The notes under the pieces are model-generated. The model searched no databases. It saw only the letters and a list, made by a program, of their open reading frames with translations, and was not told the DNA's origin. The position numbers and the translations under genes were made by a program. 64,000 nucleotides of DNA from the human T2T-CHM13v2.0 reference genome, Homo sapiens: assembly GCF_009914755.1 (NCBI RefSeq), contig NC_060934.1; one strand, written 5' to 3'. Below, piece by piece: positions 11,396 through 24,360 of the stretch. The stretch's first letter is position 1. Every line of letters begins with the position of its first letter.

Positions 11396-14319
11396 CAGTG
11401 CTGGAGATTCAACTGCAAATAAAGCAGAAAATGTCCCTGCTCTCATGGAATTGTCATTCTTTTGGGGAAGAACAAAATAAACAAAAAAGTAAATAAGAAA
11501 ATATAAGATATGGTAAGAAAGAAAATTAAAATGGGGTAATATGATAGCAAGTGCCTGGAGAACTTCTTAGGATTGGGAGGTCAAGGCAGGATGCTTAGGA
11601 CATCCGAATGGCACAAAGGAGCCAGCCAACACCATTTGGATAAGATTTTTCCAGGCTGAATTCTTTCAGCAAGTATGTTAGAAAGGGAGCAGATTTCTGG
11701 CACAAATAGGGATGGCTTCTAGGTGAGTGCAAAGCATTGGCTTTCAGGACAATTTTCTGCCAAATGTCAACATTTTTAAATCTGTAAATACAGGGTTCTC
11801 TTAATCAACTAGGACAAAAGGGTGGGAGAAGAAAAGAGAGAAAAAAATTATCATGAATCACAACGAACACTTTGCAAGAGGAGTCCCAAAGACCTTTGTT
11901 CAAGGTTTTGCGTTTTTTGCTGGGACCTGGCGAATTTTCCACTTGATAAGTTTGTCCTAGCTATAGAATAAACTTGAAATATGTTTACAATGGTGGCCAA
12001 AAACATGCCCTGAAGAAAAGGAAAACAGCAAGATGGATGATGTGGAGGCTGTTCAAGGCTTTACTGGTCAGCATATGTTTTATCAGGACACGAGATGGAC
12101 AAAACAGTTTATTTCTCACGCTACAACATGAAGGATTTCGATCAACTGCCCATTCATTCTCTGTCACTTCATTTACAGTGGCCCAGGCTGTCAAGATGAT
12201 ACTCAGCCTGTGTCCATAGACCAAAGGGAGAAGAATAATATGGAGGAAAAACATGCAAGAAAAATAAGGGATGGAGTAGAAGGAGCATAGGGGAGCCTAT
12301 CATATATCTCCCTACCAAAAAAGCAGATCAGGAAGCTTGTTTTGAAGAACAAGAATAATATTTATCAAAAGGAATTATGTCAACCTCAGGATAGAATCCC
12401 AAACTGTAGCTTGCTTAGTATATGAAAACTTTTATGTGCACTGATAAAAGGATAGAATCATGGAATAGTGGTAGAAAAGACTGGAAAAGCAACATCAAAT
12501 ACATGTATACATGCACACATACACACACAATGAACAGTTTTAGCAGAATTCCTCATCAATGTTTTAAGACATATGCTGTAGCACAGGACTAAATTCGAGT
12601 AGAATTTGTGATAAGGAAGGAAGGGAGAAAAGGAGGAAGGGAGAGGTAGAGGAAGGGAGGGAGCAGATAAAAGAGTAGGGAAGGAGAAAGAAACGTAAGA
12701 GATAGAAGCTGCCAAATTAAGGTTAAGAGATTAAGTGTGTGTTAAAGTTACACTGAAAAATCAAACAAAAGCAACCTGCAGGCAATCCACAGAGTTCTAT
12801 TGGCGATAGACTACAGTGCCATCTCCTGACTGGAAGACTTTTTAGATGTTCACATGCAAAGGCTTTAGAAGCAAGCCATTGTTTCTCCAGCAAGAGAAAG
12901 ATGGGCTGTTGGGCTGTTTGCTTTTCAATACTGATATCTTCTTTAACTGATTGTGATTCCTACAAATATATAAATGCCCAGAAAAGTAGGCCTTACTACC
13001 TTACCCCCATCATTTTTTTAGGTTATTTTCACCTAAATTTAAGTTAAATTTACACTAATTTTAAAGGCTAATATTGCATTTGGCACTAATGTGAACTTTA
13101 ACATTCTTAGTCATTTGCTGGAAAGCCTTGCCAAAGTCCTATGTTTTTCTCAAAGCAAGTGTGTTAATATAATAATAGAGACACATGCTAGGCATATATT
13201 CTAATCGTACTGAGAAATCTTTAAAACTGCCATAGGGTTTTAGCTGAAATGTACTGGCAGAGGGAATTTGTACAATTGAAAACATGGGAAAGGATAGAAG
13301 AAAATTTCTTCCTGCAGCTGAATCTGAAAGATCTCAGAAAGAACTCAGGGTCCTGCCTCGGGAGTGTGAGCTCTTTCCAGTAAGCCTCCACTGCACCATG
13401 AAGAGGCAAGCTCTCTCTATCCAGGGCCTCAGGAAGAAAAAGCTGGCATGAGAATATCTAAGGAAAAATAGATTTTTCCAAGGCTGATGGTTGCCTGGGG
13501 TCATGACAGTGCTTTTCCAGGTCCACATTATGCCACACAATAAAACAGTCCCTTGTTTTCTTACCATTTGAAAGTCATGCTTGCTTGGGACTGAGTTTTT
13601 AATGACCACATTTGCTATTAGCCTTACAACCATGATCATCAGGCTCATTCTGCCCACGGATTGGAGGCTATGGCCCAGCTGGGTGCCCTGAGTGAGCTCC
13701 AAGGACTCCAGGCCCACAAGGCAATGTGGGGGCCGTCCCCATGCAGAATGTATCAGCATGTGTTAATGATCCTTCTCTGATACACAGCCCTGCCACATCC
13801 TCCCCACTTTGCTATGCAGGAGTCCAGCAGACATGCAAACAAAAGCATGGGCTACACTGACATGGAATGAAATTAGCCAAAGGGACTCAACTTCCCTGAA
13901 AAGACAACTTTACCAAGCAGTTCGCCGTTGTAAATCATGACAGTTTCAAAGGGTGCTAAGTTCCCTTTCCCCCAAATGGCACACGGTCTTGCACAGGGTA
14001 GGTACTCAGTCATTACCTGCTAAGTGAAGAGATACAGGAAGTGGCTGGCCTGGGAGGAGTAAAGGTTTAGAAGCTAGATAACCTCTCAGAGAATGTGGGA
14101 AGGGGTGGTACAGTGGATTCTGCAGGCAGATAGGAGGACCAGCCCCCCTACACACAGATGGGAGCTTATATCCAGACAAATGTACCAGGCATTTACCTCA
14201 ACAAGAGTAATTTGCTCAGCTGCAAAATTAGAATACTAATAATTATGTTACATGGGGTTTGGGGAGAGGTAAGGATTTAGTACGATAATGAATATAAAAA
14301 TGTCTTACATATCTTCAAC

Positions 14320-14470
14320 AATTGGTGGATATTATTTCTAATTCACCAATGGCAAACTGAGACTCAGAAAGGTGAATGGAGTTTCCCAGGGTCACACAGT
14401 TAGCTAGTGGTAATGCCCAACTGGAATCCAGCTCTTCTGATCCTGAGCCCATGGCCCTTTCCACTAAACC
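14320..14470 (-). mobile_element. MIR
   Basis: aaactgagactcagaaaggtgaatggagtttcccagggtcacacagttag. Confidence 0.75.
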
Positions 14471-14619
14471 TTGTTCCCTCTATCTAGCTGAAATCAGGAA
14501 AAGTCAGAAATCTCATGGGTGCTTGTTTTCTTTTGTGACTGGGCACAGGAATGTAGCCATCTTAAGGTCACCAGTCTTTAGAGAGATGATCCACCGCAAT
14601 GCTCTCACATGAGAAGAAG

Positions 14620-14860
14620 TGAGAGGTGGTAGAGTGGTGTGGGGATGAGTACAAGCTGTAGGGTTGAATCGAATGGTCTTCAGCTCCACCACTTAGCTCT
14701 CTATGATCTTCACCAATTTGCTTAATATCTCTGTCTCATTGTCCTTGAAGCTTTTTAATGCAAAATGGGGATAACAATAATGCTATTGAATACTATTGTT
14801 ATCATCATCCCCATTTTACATAAAAAGGCACGAAGTGTAAAAGATGTGATCTATGCAAAA
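14620..14860 (+). mobile_element. MIR with internal inverted duplication
   Basis: MIR 5' half and core aaaatggggataacaata followed by its reverse complement. Confidence 0.65.
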
Positions 14861-15265
14861 CATTGATGCTTTCTGCCGTTACCATCAAAACTGTGATTTC
14901 CAGCATATTTTAATTGTGCAATGTGGCTGATGATAGGTCTCAATGGATTAGAAAAAGACCAAGGGTTTAGGTTTGGGATCAACCAAACTCCATGGCTCCA
15001 ATCCCTCTATTCAATGCATACACACAATTACATATTTTTGTTTTAATTAACCCCACATATTCAATTCCAGGACAGATATTCCTCACTTTTGTTCTTTAAG
15101 AATGTTAGGCTAAGGTCAACCCTATTGTCTGGGTAGGACTGGCAGGGGTTCCAGCAATGAGGCCAGTGAGAGAGGGGACATGAGCAAGGGACTGTGATAG
15201 GTAGTCACCTGGAACTGTGCCCAGAAACATGGAGAGCCAGAGAAGGGATGAAAATCATCACTGTC

Positions 15266-15266
<1 letters not shown>

Positions 15267-15312
<46 letters not shown>
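15267..15312. repeat. (AC)23 microsatellite
   Basis: perfect dinucleotide run. Confidence 0.98.
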
Positions 15313-15314
<2 letters not shown>

Positions 15315-15439
15315 CTGATATCTGGGCTGAAGAAGCTAAGGGACTGTCCAGACCCAGAGGTGAGCATGAGAGATAAAGCCAAGGCTAGAAATCTAGATAT
15401 GGTCTCCACATGTTCTTCTAGCTATCACCCTGCTGCCAT

Positions 15440-16835
15440 TTGTCCTCCAAACTTCTCAAAAATGTGGTTTACAGTTGCTGGCTTTATTTCCTCATCTCTC
15501 AGCACTCCTTAATCCACCCACATCTGGTGTGCATCTCCATTACTCCACAAAACAGCTCCTGATAGCATTATCAATGAAGTTGCTAAATTCAATGAATATT
15601 TTTTTCAATACCCATTTTATTTGACCACTCAACAGTATTCTTAACAGGACTTCTTCCTTCTTAAAGGATTCTCACCTTCTGTTTTCCATAACACCCTGGA
15701 TTTCTGAGTTTCCTCTGACTTTCTAACTACTTGATTTTAGTCTCCTCTTCAAATCTTTCCATCTTTATGGCAAGTAAATATGTGAGTTCTTTAAGGCTCA
15801 ATTCTAGACTATCTTCCTTCATTTTACAGTCTCTCCCCAGGTAATCTCCTTGTTTATGATTTTAATGATCTAATCTATGCCAATAGTTCTCAAATTTCTA
15901 ATTCTGATTCAGACTTATCTTCCAAACCAGAGATCCATATATCTAACTGCCTACTCAGCACCTTCATTTCAAACTCAAAGGTGCTTCAAATTCAAAAATG
16001 GTCTGAAATTAATATGTTTTTGTCCCCACACCTGGTCTTCTTCCGGTACTCCCTATCCCACTGAATGGCCTGCAATTCATCCAGTTATGCAAACCAGAAA
16101 TTACAAGTCATTCTTTACACCATACTAGTTCGTCATCAATTCCTTTTGAATTTATTTTCCAATAGCTGTCTAATCTATCCATTTATCTCCATTTCTACTA
16201 CCATCCATATTCTAGTCTAAACTATTTTGCCCAAACATCTTTAATAACCTCTTAATTAATTTCTCTACTCTCCCTTGTCTTCCTTCCTAATTAATTTCTC
16301 CACATATTCAGGCCAGAGTAATCTTCAGACCATAACTGATTACATCAGATCCCAACCCCCTCCCTCATTAAACACTTCAATGGATTCCCATGCTCTTAGG
16401 ATAAAATCATGCATATGTGCTAGAAAATTCCGCATGATCTTGCTCAACTCCGCAGACTCACATTAAGCCTCCTTTTTTCTTGGTGGTCTCTATGTTCTGG
16501 CCTCAATCGTATTCTATGCGAATCCCTTTGTCTGGAATGCTCCTTCCTCCTCTACCTTCACCCAACTCACATCTGCTCATTCCTTAGATTTCATAGAAGT
16601 CTTTTCTTACTCTCTCAGGCAAGGTCAGGTGCACTTGCTCAATGCTATCATAGTATGATGACGTATCTTCTCCAGAGCACTTATCCAGTTTAAGTTTGCA
16701 TATATTTGGGTTATTTACTCTAGCTCTCATTCCCCCAGATGTTGACAGCACACTTGTTCTGCTCACTATTTTATCTCCAGTCTCTATCCCAGGGTTTGGC
16801 ACATAGTAGAGGTTTACTAAATACTGTCGAATGGA
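15440..16835 (+). mobile_element. L2 LINE 3' portion
   Basis: pyrimidine-rich L2 body ending ggcacatagtagaggtttactaaatactgtcgaatgga. Confidence 0.8.
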
Positions 16836-17589
16836 GGAAAAACAAGGATAGGATGACAAGAAGCTCCCTGACACCTACAGGACCAGAGCTGAGACAACCA
16901 AAGCTCCCTTTTTTTTGACATGCTGATAGTATTGTGCCAGGCATCCCCAGGTTCAGGGGTACAGGGCTGAAGAAGACTACAGTCATCTCTAGGAAGACCT
17001 GGATCAATGTAATAGCACTATCTTTGTTCCCAAAAGCCAGAATACCCTTAGATGACACAAGCCAGGATAAATGACTGAGCATCCTAAGAGATGAAAGGAA
17101 GTATAACTAGAAGGGAATGCAGGCAGATGGATGATGTATGAGGCAAGTGTAAAGAAACAGTGGAGCACAGCTTCTGGGAATCTCACCCCAGAAGCCTTTT
17201 CCACAATGATTGAGTCTTGTCCCTGCAGGTGATTAATGTAACACTCCCTGAGCTTCTGTCTGACCTCATCTCTACTGGTTTGAGTATCTCCAGGGTTGGT
17301 TCCCTGCAGTATCTGAGTCACTGCATTTTTGTTTTTGTTTGATTTAGGTTTTTTTTAATACATATATACAAATGTACTCTTGCTTCTTAAAAAGACAGCA
17401 GATATCTGAGAATGCCCAAGGACCTCTTTTATTCTCTCCCTGGCTGAAGAGACTGAGAAAAAACAACATACTGTTTCATGGTGCACAAGCCATGAGATTT
17501 GCTTCTAGCACAACAACTTTTGGGAGACAGGCATACCAACTGAAGCAGCAAATATTTTCCAAGAACTGAAGGAAAGTCATGGAGAGGAG

Positions 17590-17805
17590 CCAGAAAGCAG
17601 GACGTTCTGAGTTACGCTGTCTAAGTCTCATCCCAACCCCTAACCTCCAACCTGACCTCCTTAGTTGCTGTATGACCCTCGACAGGTGACATAACTCCTT
17701 TATAGTTCAATTTCATCATTTGAAAGTGGAGTTGATAATACTGTTCTTACCATATTGGGTTGAGGGTAAAGTGAGATTGTGCATAAAACACTCAGTAAAT
17801 GTTAG
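17590..17805 (+). mobile_element. MIR fragment
   Basis: ttagttgctgtatgaccctc...actcagtaaatgttag. Confidence 0.6.
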
Positions 17806-20197
17806 GTCTTGATATTTCAAGATATCACATACAAAGTGCATATTGGGGAAGGTGTTCATTCTCAAAAGAACAGAAAATAATTTAACACATTTGGGGGAGT
17901 TTCCATGTCAACAGATATTGGATATAACCTTCGGTGCCTTCATGGTTTCCAGGGATGGAATGAGAAGATCAACATCCTTCCCTACCTGGTGTTTAAAGCC
18001 ATGCTTTTAAATCAGGAATATTTATTACAATGCCAGGAGGATATGTGGCAGTATCTCTGGGACAGATGGTGTCACAGGATAAACATGGCAGATCTTTCTG
18101 CAGTAACAATTATAGTTAATGGTATAAACATGTTTGGGGGGTAAAAACATGCACAAGTTGGAGAGTAGAATGTGAAATTATCATTTTTAGGACAATGACT
18201 TCAAAGAAATTTCAAGGTAACTGGGGGATCTAGAGTTGTGTTCATAGATCTCTAGAGAGATAATCTTACTCTCCCTTCACTATTAAAAGATTTGGTGGTA
18301 CAATTTAATAGCATTGATTTAAAGAATAGGAAAAGGATCATTAGGGATGAGAAATTAAACATCCAAGAAAGGAATGCAATTTGTTTAATCCTTTCAAAAA
18401 TTGCCTTTTCCTTGGTGTTTCTTCCAAAGCAATTTAGAAAGAGTAAAAGAAAAAATATATACAGAAAAAAAGTCACTTGCTTTAAATGATCCAAAAACTA
18501 GGGTTCAATGTTCCTGGGCAACTTCACAGCAAATATTAAAAATGGGTTCCTGGCCCCAGGAACAACTTAAATGAGTCCAGCAAATGAAAATTAAGAGTAT
18601 AGGATCTTATCTCCTGCTCTGTGATGCTTAGATTTAGGAAATATGAAGCTAGTCTAGATGAGAAGCACTCAAGACAGCAGGTTCTTATCTAGGTAAGACA
18701 CTCCTAAGATAGAAAGTACAAAGGAAGAACCCAGACTAGGGACAGAAGACCCAGTTTACATCCGAGCTCTGAGGCCAACAGGATGTGGGCGATTGTTTAA
18801 CTTCTCTGGGTTGCCTCAGCTGAAAATTGGAGAGCTGGACTCAATGTCTATAAAACTCAGGGTTAAAAAGGACCTTAGGAACCACTTAACCCAATACTTT
18901 CTTGATGCAACAGTTCCAGTCTTTTGCTGGCACATTTCCAGAGATAGGAAGACATTTGTTATTTCTGAATGTCATCATTGGGTGAATGATGACATTCATT
19001 CCCAGTACAGAGCTGGGGGTCAGGAGACTTAATTCCAGGCTCTGTAAGCAATTTACATATATCTGCAGATAGAATCCTTTACCGTATTGAGTTTCAGGCT
19101 CCTCTTCCATAAAGCAAGGAGGAAGGGATTCAATAACTCTTAATAAGTTGTTTGTGAATCTCCAGGGATATCAAATCCCTAATATTCAAAGTACATTCAT
19201 TTCCTTTTTCCACCTCCATCCTCTTTGCCCAGGACTACATGAGAGAATATAACCACTATGCCACTCGGCCAACCTGGATTAAATGGGGGAAATAGCCAAG
19301 AGGTGCTTTTCTAGGAATAAAGAGGTAAAGCCATGAAAGAAAGAAGTAAAACAGGAGGACTGAAGAAGGTGAACAAATATAGAATAGGCTCTATACTTTC
19401 AGGAAGGAGAGCAGCGGGTAGGGATGAGAGGACAAAGCTAAGTCAATGTCTAACATGGGAAAGGGGACATAGGAAGGGCCTTAGAGAGCGGTACCAACAA
19501 GGAGTGTGTCCAAGATGAAGGCACCTGTATGAGCAGGGGAGGAAGAGTGAGATTAAAGTCAGAATATAAAATCAATTCTCTTCCTTCATTTCATGGATCC
19601 AGCTGCTTTGCCTCAGCTTTGCTTCCATATATCATTCAGGTGAAGATGAAAGCAGTAAACTTTAAGAGCCTGAAATTCATACTGAAATTTCCTGACTATA
19701 TTATGGTGATACCAGGCATGGAGATCACTGCGCTTGGGGCTCTGATCTCTCAGGTCACTCCCTTCTCTGGGAATCTGCACTTTAAATACACAGCAGTCTC
19801 CCAAGAACTTACAAGGCGGTCTTGTCCCTATTCTCCCATCTGCAGTTACAGTTCCCTTTCTCCCCTGGACTTCTATGCACATTCATCTTCTCCCTCAAAC
19901 ACACAGGGAGCAGAAACTGAAGTTGCATGGTAAGAGTGGGCTCTTGCTTTGGACTCTGACTATACAGTGGCTGCTCCAGTAGTCAGAGGCTACTGTTAGG
20001 ATGGGAAGTCAATTCAAATCAGATTAGGAGAAGGGAGTGGGCAGAAACTAGGGCTCCCTTGGAAGTCCCAGCTTCTCCATGTTCAGTGCAGTGGAGACCG
20101 GATTGCCCACAGGTGCAATTTGTCTGAATGTCATCAATATCCAAAAGCTGGCAAAGATTTGATGGTATCATCACTGATGATGCTGGATTTTCCCAGG

Positions 20198-20721
20198 ATG
20201 TTGTAGAATGACTGACTTAATGGCCCCAATTAATAGCCTCCCTGATTCACACCTTCGGGAATGCCCTGCCACTCTGACTCTCAGTTTGGTTATGTGATGT
20301 GCTTTGAACAATGAGACAATAGCCAAACCTAATGCAAGCAGAAATTTGTGGAGATGCTTGCACATTATTTTTTTCTTTCACCCTTGCTTGCCTATAATTG
20401 CTAGGAAAACATGCCTGAGCCAGCCTGCTGGAGGGAAAGAGTGAGAATCACATGGAGAGAGGCCCCAGCCATCCTCGCCAACCTTGCTGAGGTAATTCTA
20501 GATCAGCCACTGCAGCCAATCAAGCCCAGCAGTGAGGGAGCCTCCATGGAACCTAAGACACACCCAGCCAACCACAGCCAAAATAGCTGTCCTATGTCTT
20601 TCGTCCTTTGTCTTCCCATATTGGATTTTCACACTCACAATCTATAGATTATTGTTTTAAGCCACTGAGTCTTGGTGTGGTTCATTTAAGAACACTATTA
20701 TGGCACGAGATTGTCAATACA
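20198..20721 (+). mobile_element. MLT1 (F/G/H-like) solo LTR
   Basis: MLT1 motifs gctttgaacaatgagacaatagc and attgttttaagccactgagtcttggtgtggtt...aataca. Confidence 0.75.
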
Positions 20722-21168
20722 GGGATATTTAATTTCTTTCATTTGATATGTGGGAAATGAAGCATATTCTTTAATTAGGCAAAGTCTGCAATAAGATGCT
20801 CTTGCACACAGCTTTCAAAATGCTGCTCTCTGTCCCCCTCCCTCATACCTTTTTGGAGTCAGACTCTCTGAATCCCTTCTGTATTTGTTCTGTCCTTTCA
20901 CAAAACTAAAAGAAAAAGCCACACTTGTAGGCAGTCATTGAGAAGGGGACTGTGCCCCTTGCTTTCCTGTTGTTTTGTCTCAATGTCCTCAGGTGGCCAC
21001 TTCTAAGTTGAGATTGTCAGTTGAATTATGCCAACCTCTGGAGCCAGCCAAAGTGAGCCAGTTAGCTCTCAACATTAAACAAATAATAATAATGATAACC
21101 TCCCCAAACAGATGGCCTTTCCTGTCAGCATGAAGACTTCCAGCCTCAGCTGGAAACAAGGAGTATCA

Positions 21169-21200
<32 letters not shown>

Positions 21201-21202
21201 AA
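21169..21202 (+). repeat. isolated poly(A) tract
   Basis: 34-nt A run with one G; no adjacent SINE/LINE body recognised. Confidence 0.9.
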
Positions 21203-23999
21203 CCTAACCCCAAAACATTTCTACAGAAAGGTTAAGCTACATTCATATGACCCAAGTCTGATTTTAGACTCTTTTATTGGTCTATTTATCAAGCCTTTTT
21301 ACATGGTAAGTCACTGGCATCTCATAAGCCCAGCCTCATCTCATAAATCACTATTCCCTAAAGTAGAGAGGTTGGCTACAGTGGACTACCTGGCTCTCTG
21401 GAAAATGACAACCTCTGGGTCCTATGTCCTTCAAAAGAGACTTCAAAGATATATTGAGATGCATTTCCCCTAGGTATTTGCTGAACATACTCTGGGTTTC
21501 CTGGGCTTGGAGAACCAAGGACATTTGGCATTAAAATCTGTCTTCTGACTCTCTGCATGAGACTTCCTGGCCACTCAGCTACTTGTACCACTCAGCTCCA
21601 TCCACCTCAGCCATCTGTCTTTCAAGCTGTGGGTAGATTTGACCAAGCAGACAGGCCTGCCCTATTCTTTAGCCATAAATTCCCTGTCAAGGGAAATCAT
21701 GAGTGAGACAAAGACCTGAGTCAGTAGGGAGTGGTTGTCTGAACACTTTACAAAGATAAATACAGCTATCTCATTGTTCTTCATCCTTCAGTCAGGGACT
21801 CGGTCACCATAAAACTCATTAAAGCTGGACACAAGGTCAGGATGGGCTGGCAGCCAGGCAGGTAGGTGCTGAGCTGCTGAGTGCCTCCCAAATATCCCTC
21901 ATCAAGAGCAGAACTGATCCCAAGTTAGTGAGAAGGCCCGATTTGCAGGGAAGAGAAATCAGAAACAGGAAAGCAGGGAGGCAAAGGTGGTCATTACACA
22001 GAAAAAAATTCAAAGGAGTGTGTTGGTCAAAAGTACCAAATGATGTAGAAATGGAGGAAGATTACCAGGTGAGCAAAGGAGGCTCTCCACAAGGGGACGG
22101 CTTCTGGGGTTTGGTTCATTCTTCTGGCATTGGCCTCTGAAGTTTGGGATGCATCCAGCTTCAACAGAAGTTAGGGAGGTTCCACATCACTGTTTTGGCT
22201 GAGCTGTCATTGGTAATTTCCCAGATAATGGAACGCATGTTAATTGCTTAAGTGGAATGACAAAGCATTCAAGTTTGCTCTCTCCCAAGGAGCCCTTGCT
22301 TTTTAACAGGACCTTTGTGGAGACCATGACCCTAACCCTAAAGAACTCATGTAAAGGATGAGTCACATGCCTTAGAAGGCTGGCATATGGATTCATGCTT
22401 TGCCCCCACTTACATTAATTGTGTGACCCTAGGAAAGGCAGAATTCTTCTCTTGGGCCAACTTCTTCATGGGCAACTTGGTTCTTATCCTTTCCTAATTC
22501 AAATCTAATTATTGTTGTATAGGGGATTTTGCAAAAACCAGATGAATGCTAGTTTCTCTCCATCAGACAGAGTTCCCTCTGGACTCCAAGCAATCCTACA
22601 AAGTCTTCTTGCTCCTGAGTTTAAAGGGCTCTGACTTCAGAGTGGCTCCAGCACCAGCAACCAGAAAAGAAGACTGGAGCCGGAGGAGCATACATAATAA
22701 ATAAACTCAGCTGCCCGCCAAGCAAATAAAGAGATTGTATTTTCTTTTGTTTGGCAAGCATCAATAACACAAAATGCTAAGTGGGGGCTCCAAGTGAAAT
22801 CTGCCTCCTTCATTTATGTGAATTTATAACTGTCTATATCAGCAAAAACAATTTTACTGAATAAAACTATTTATCTGCTAACTTGTTAATGACATGATAC
22901 ACACGGGCCTTTAACCATTTACCCTTAAAGGCAAGCTTAGTCAAAAAGCAGCTATTTATCCAGGAGAAACATTGGCAATGATTCTTACTATGGTGATTTG
23001 GTTTGATAAAACTCTATTGTCTGGGGGCGGCTAGCAGGCAAGAAGCCATTCTGTAAAGCTACAAAACTAATCTTTACTAGATTTGTCACAAACAAAGGAT
23101 GGAACATTTATGCAAAGAGTCAAGATCCATCCTGGGCTATATGCCACTGTTCCCCCTCCCAACCTACTGAGGAAATTCAATACAATCAAACTAGTCAGCA
23201 AACAGACCAGAGACTGAAATTGATTACATCTAAGATGTGTTTATTATGCTTCTTGTGACTTAGCAGCCAGGGCCTCCTAGGGAAAGGGAAGGGGGGAAAA
23301 ATGCTAAACAAAAAAAAACTATTTGGTATTCCAAGTGGATATGCTGATTTCTGCTTCTTGGCTTCTGTGGAGTGCAACAAATTATGATGGACCAACTATT
23401 TTATACCCAGGGTCTGGACTGAGCAGTAAAGGAGGTTGTGGGCTCTCTCTGGACTCAGAGATAAACCCAAATAGATATGCCTGAGACTTGGCTGGGTGTG
23501 AAGGATCTCTGAGTCCTACAACTTAGGGTGAAGCTGACAAATTGTAAACTCTTTTTATTTCTCTAATTAAGACCCAAGCAACAGATCTGTATCTCTGTTG
23601 ATGGGTTCAGCCATAGAAAATACACATGTACAAGCACACACTCTCACACACACACACATACACACGCAGATACATAGACACACTCACTTGGAAATTTTCC
23701 ATTGAACTTAACTAGTGGTTTCAATAAGTACACTTTAAAAATTGATTAGGAAGTCCAATACAAAAAATGTTCAACTAGTTGTTGAGTAGACACGAACTAT
23801 CGTTGTGAAGGTATTTGTCTGCACTGGGCCTAGGAAACCTCCCCAGAGAGAAAAGCTCTCTCTCTCTCTACAAGCTGGTGATTCTTGGGTACCAACCGTA
23901 TTTGCTGTCTGGATTTGCCCACCTTTATTCATTTCCAGTACCTTCTCACCTTCTCATGTTGCCTTGTTTCTACACACACACACACCTCATCCTCTCGAC

Positions 24000-24128
24000 T
24001 TTTTTAATTTTTAATTTTTGTGGGTACATAGTAGGTATATATATAAGTATATATATATGTGTATATAAATGTGTATATATGTGTGTATATAAATGTGTAT
24101 ATATGTGTGTGTATATATATGTGTGTAT

Positions 24129-24169
<41 letters not shown>

Positions 24170-24360
24170 GGGTATATGAGATGATTTGATACAGGCATGC
24201 AAAGTGAAATAAGCACACCATAGAGAATGAGGTATCCATCCATCCCCTCAGGCATTTATTCTTTGAGTTACAAACAATCCAATTTTACTCTTTAAGTTAT
24301 TTTAAAATGTACAATTAAGTTATCATTGACTATAGTCACTCTGCTGTGCTACCAAATAGT
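24000..24360 (-). mobile_element. L1MA (1-3-like) 3' end with expanded (TA/TG)n microsatellite at 24036-24166
   Basis: ttttaatttttgtgggtacatagtagg...ttacaaacaatccaattttactc matches the L1MA 3'UTR antisense. Confidence 0.85.

Noticed and set aside
19529-19933. 134-aa ATG ORF in unique sequence
   Set aside because: No motif or homology I recognise; length compatible with chance
21169-21202. Poly(A) as a tail-only retrotransposition
   Set aside because: No TSD visible in the flanks
23970-24255. His/Thr/Tyr-rich ORFs
   Set aside because: Translation of a (TA/TG)n microsatellite within an L1MA
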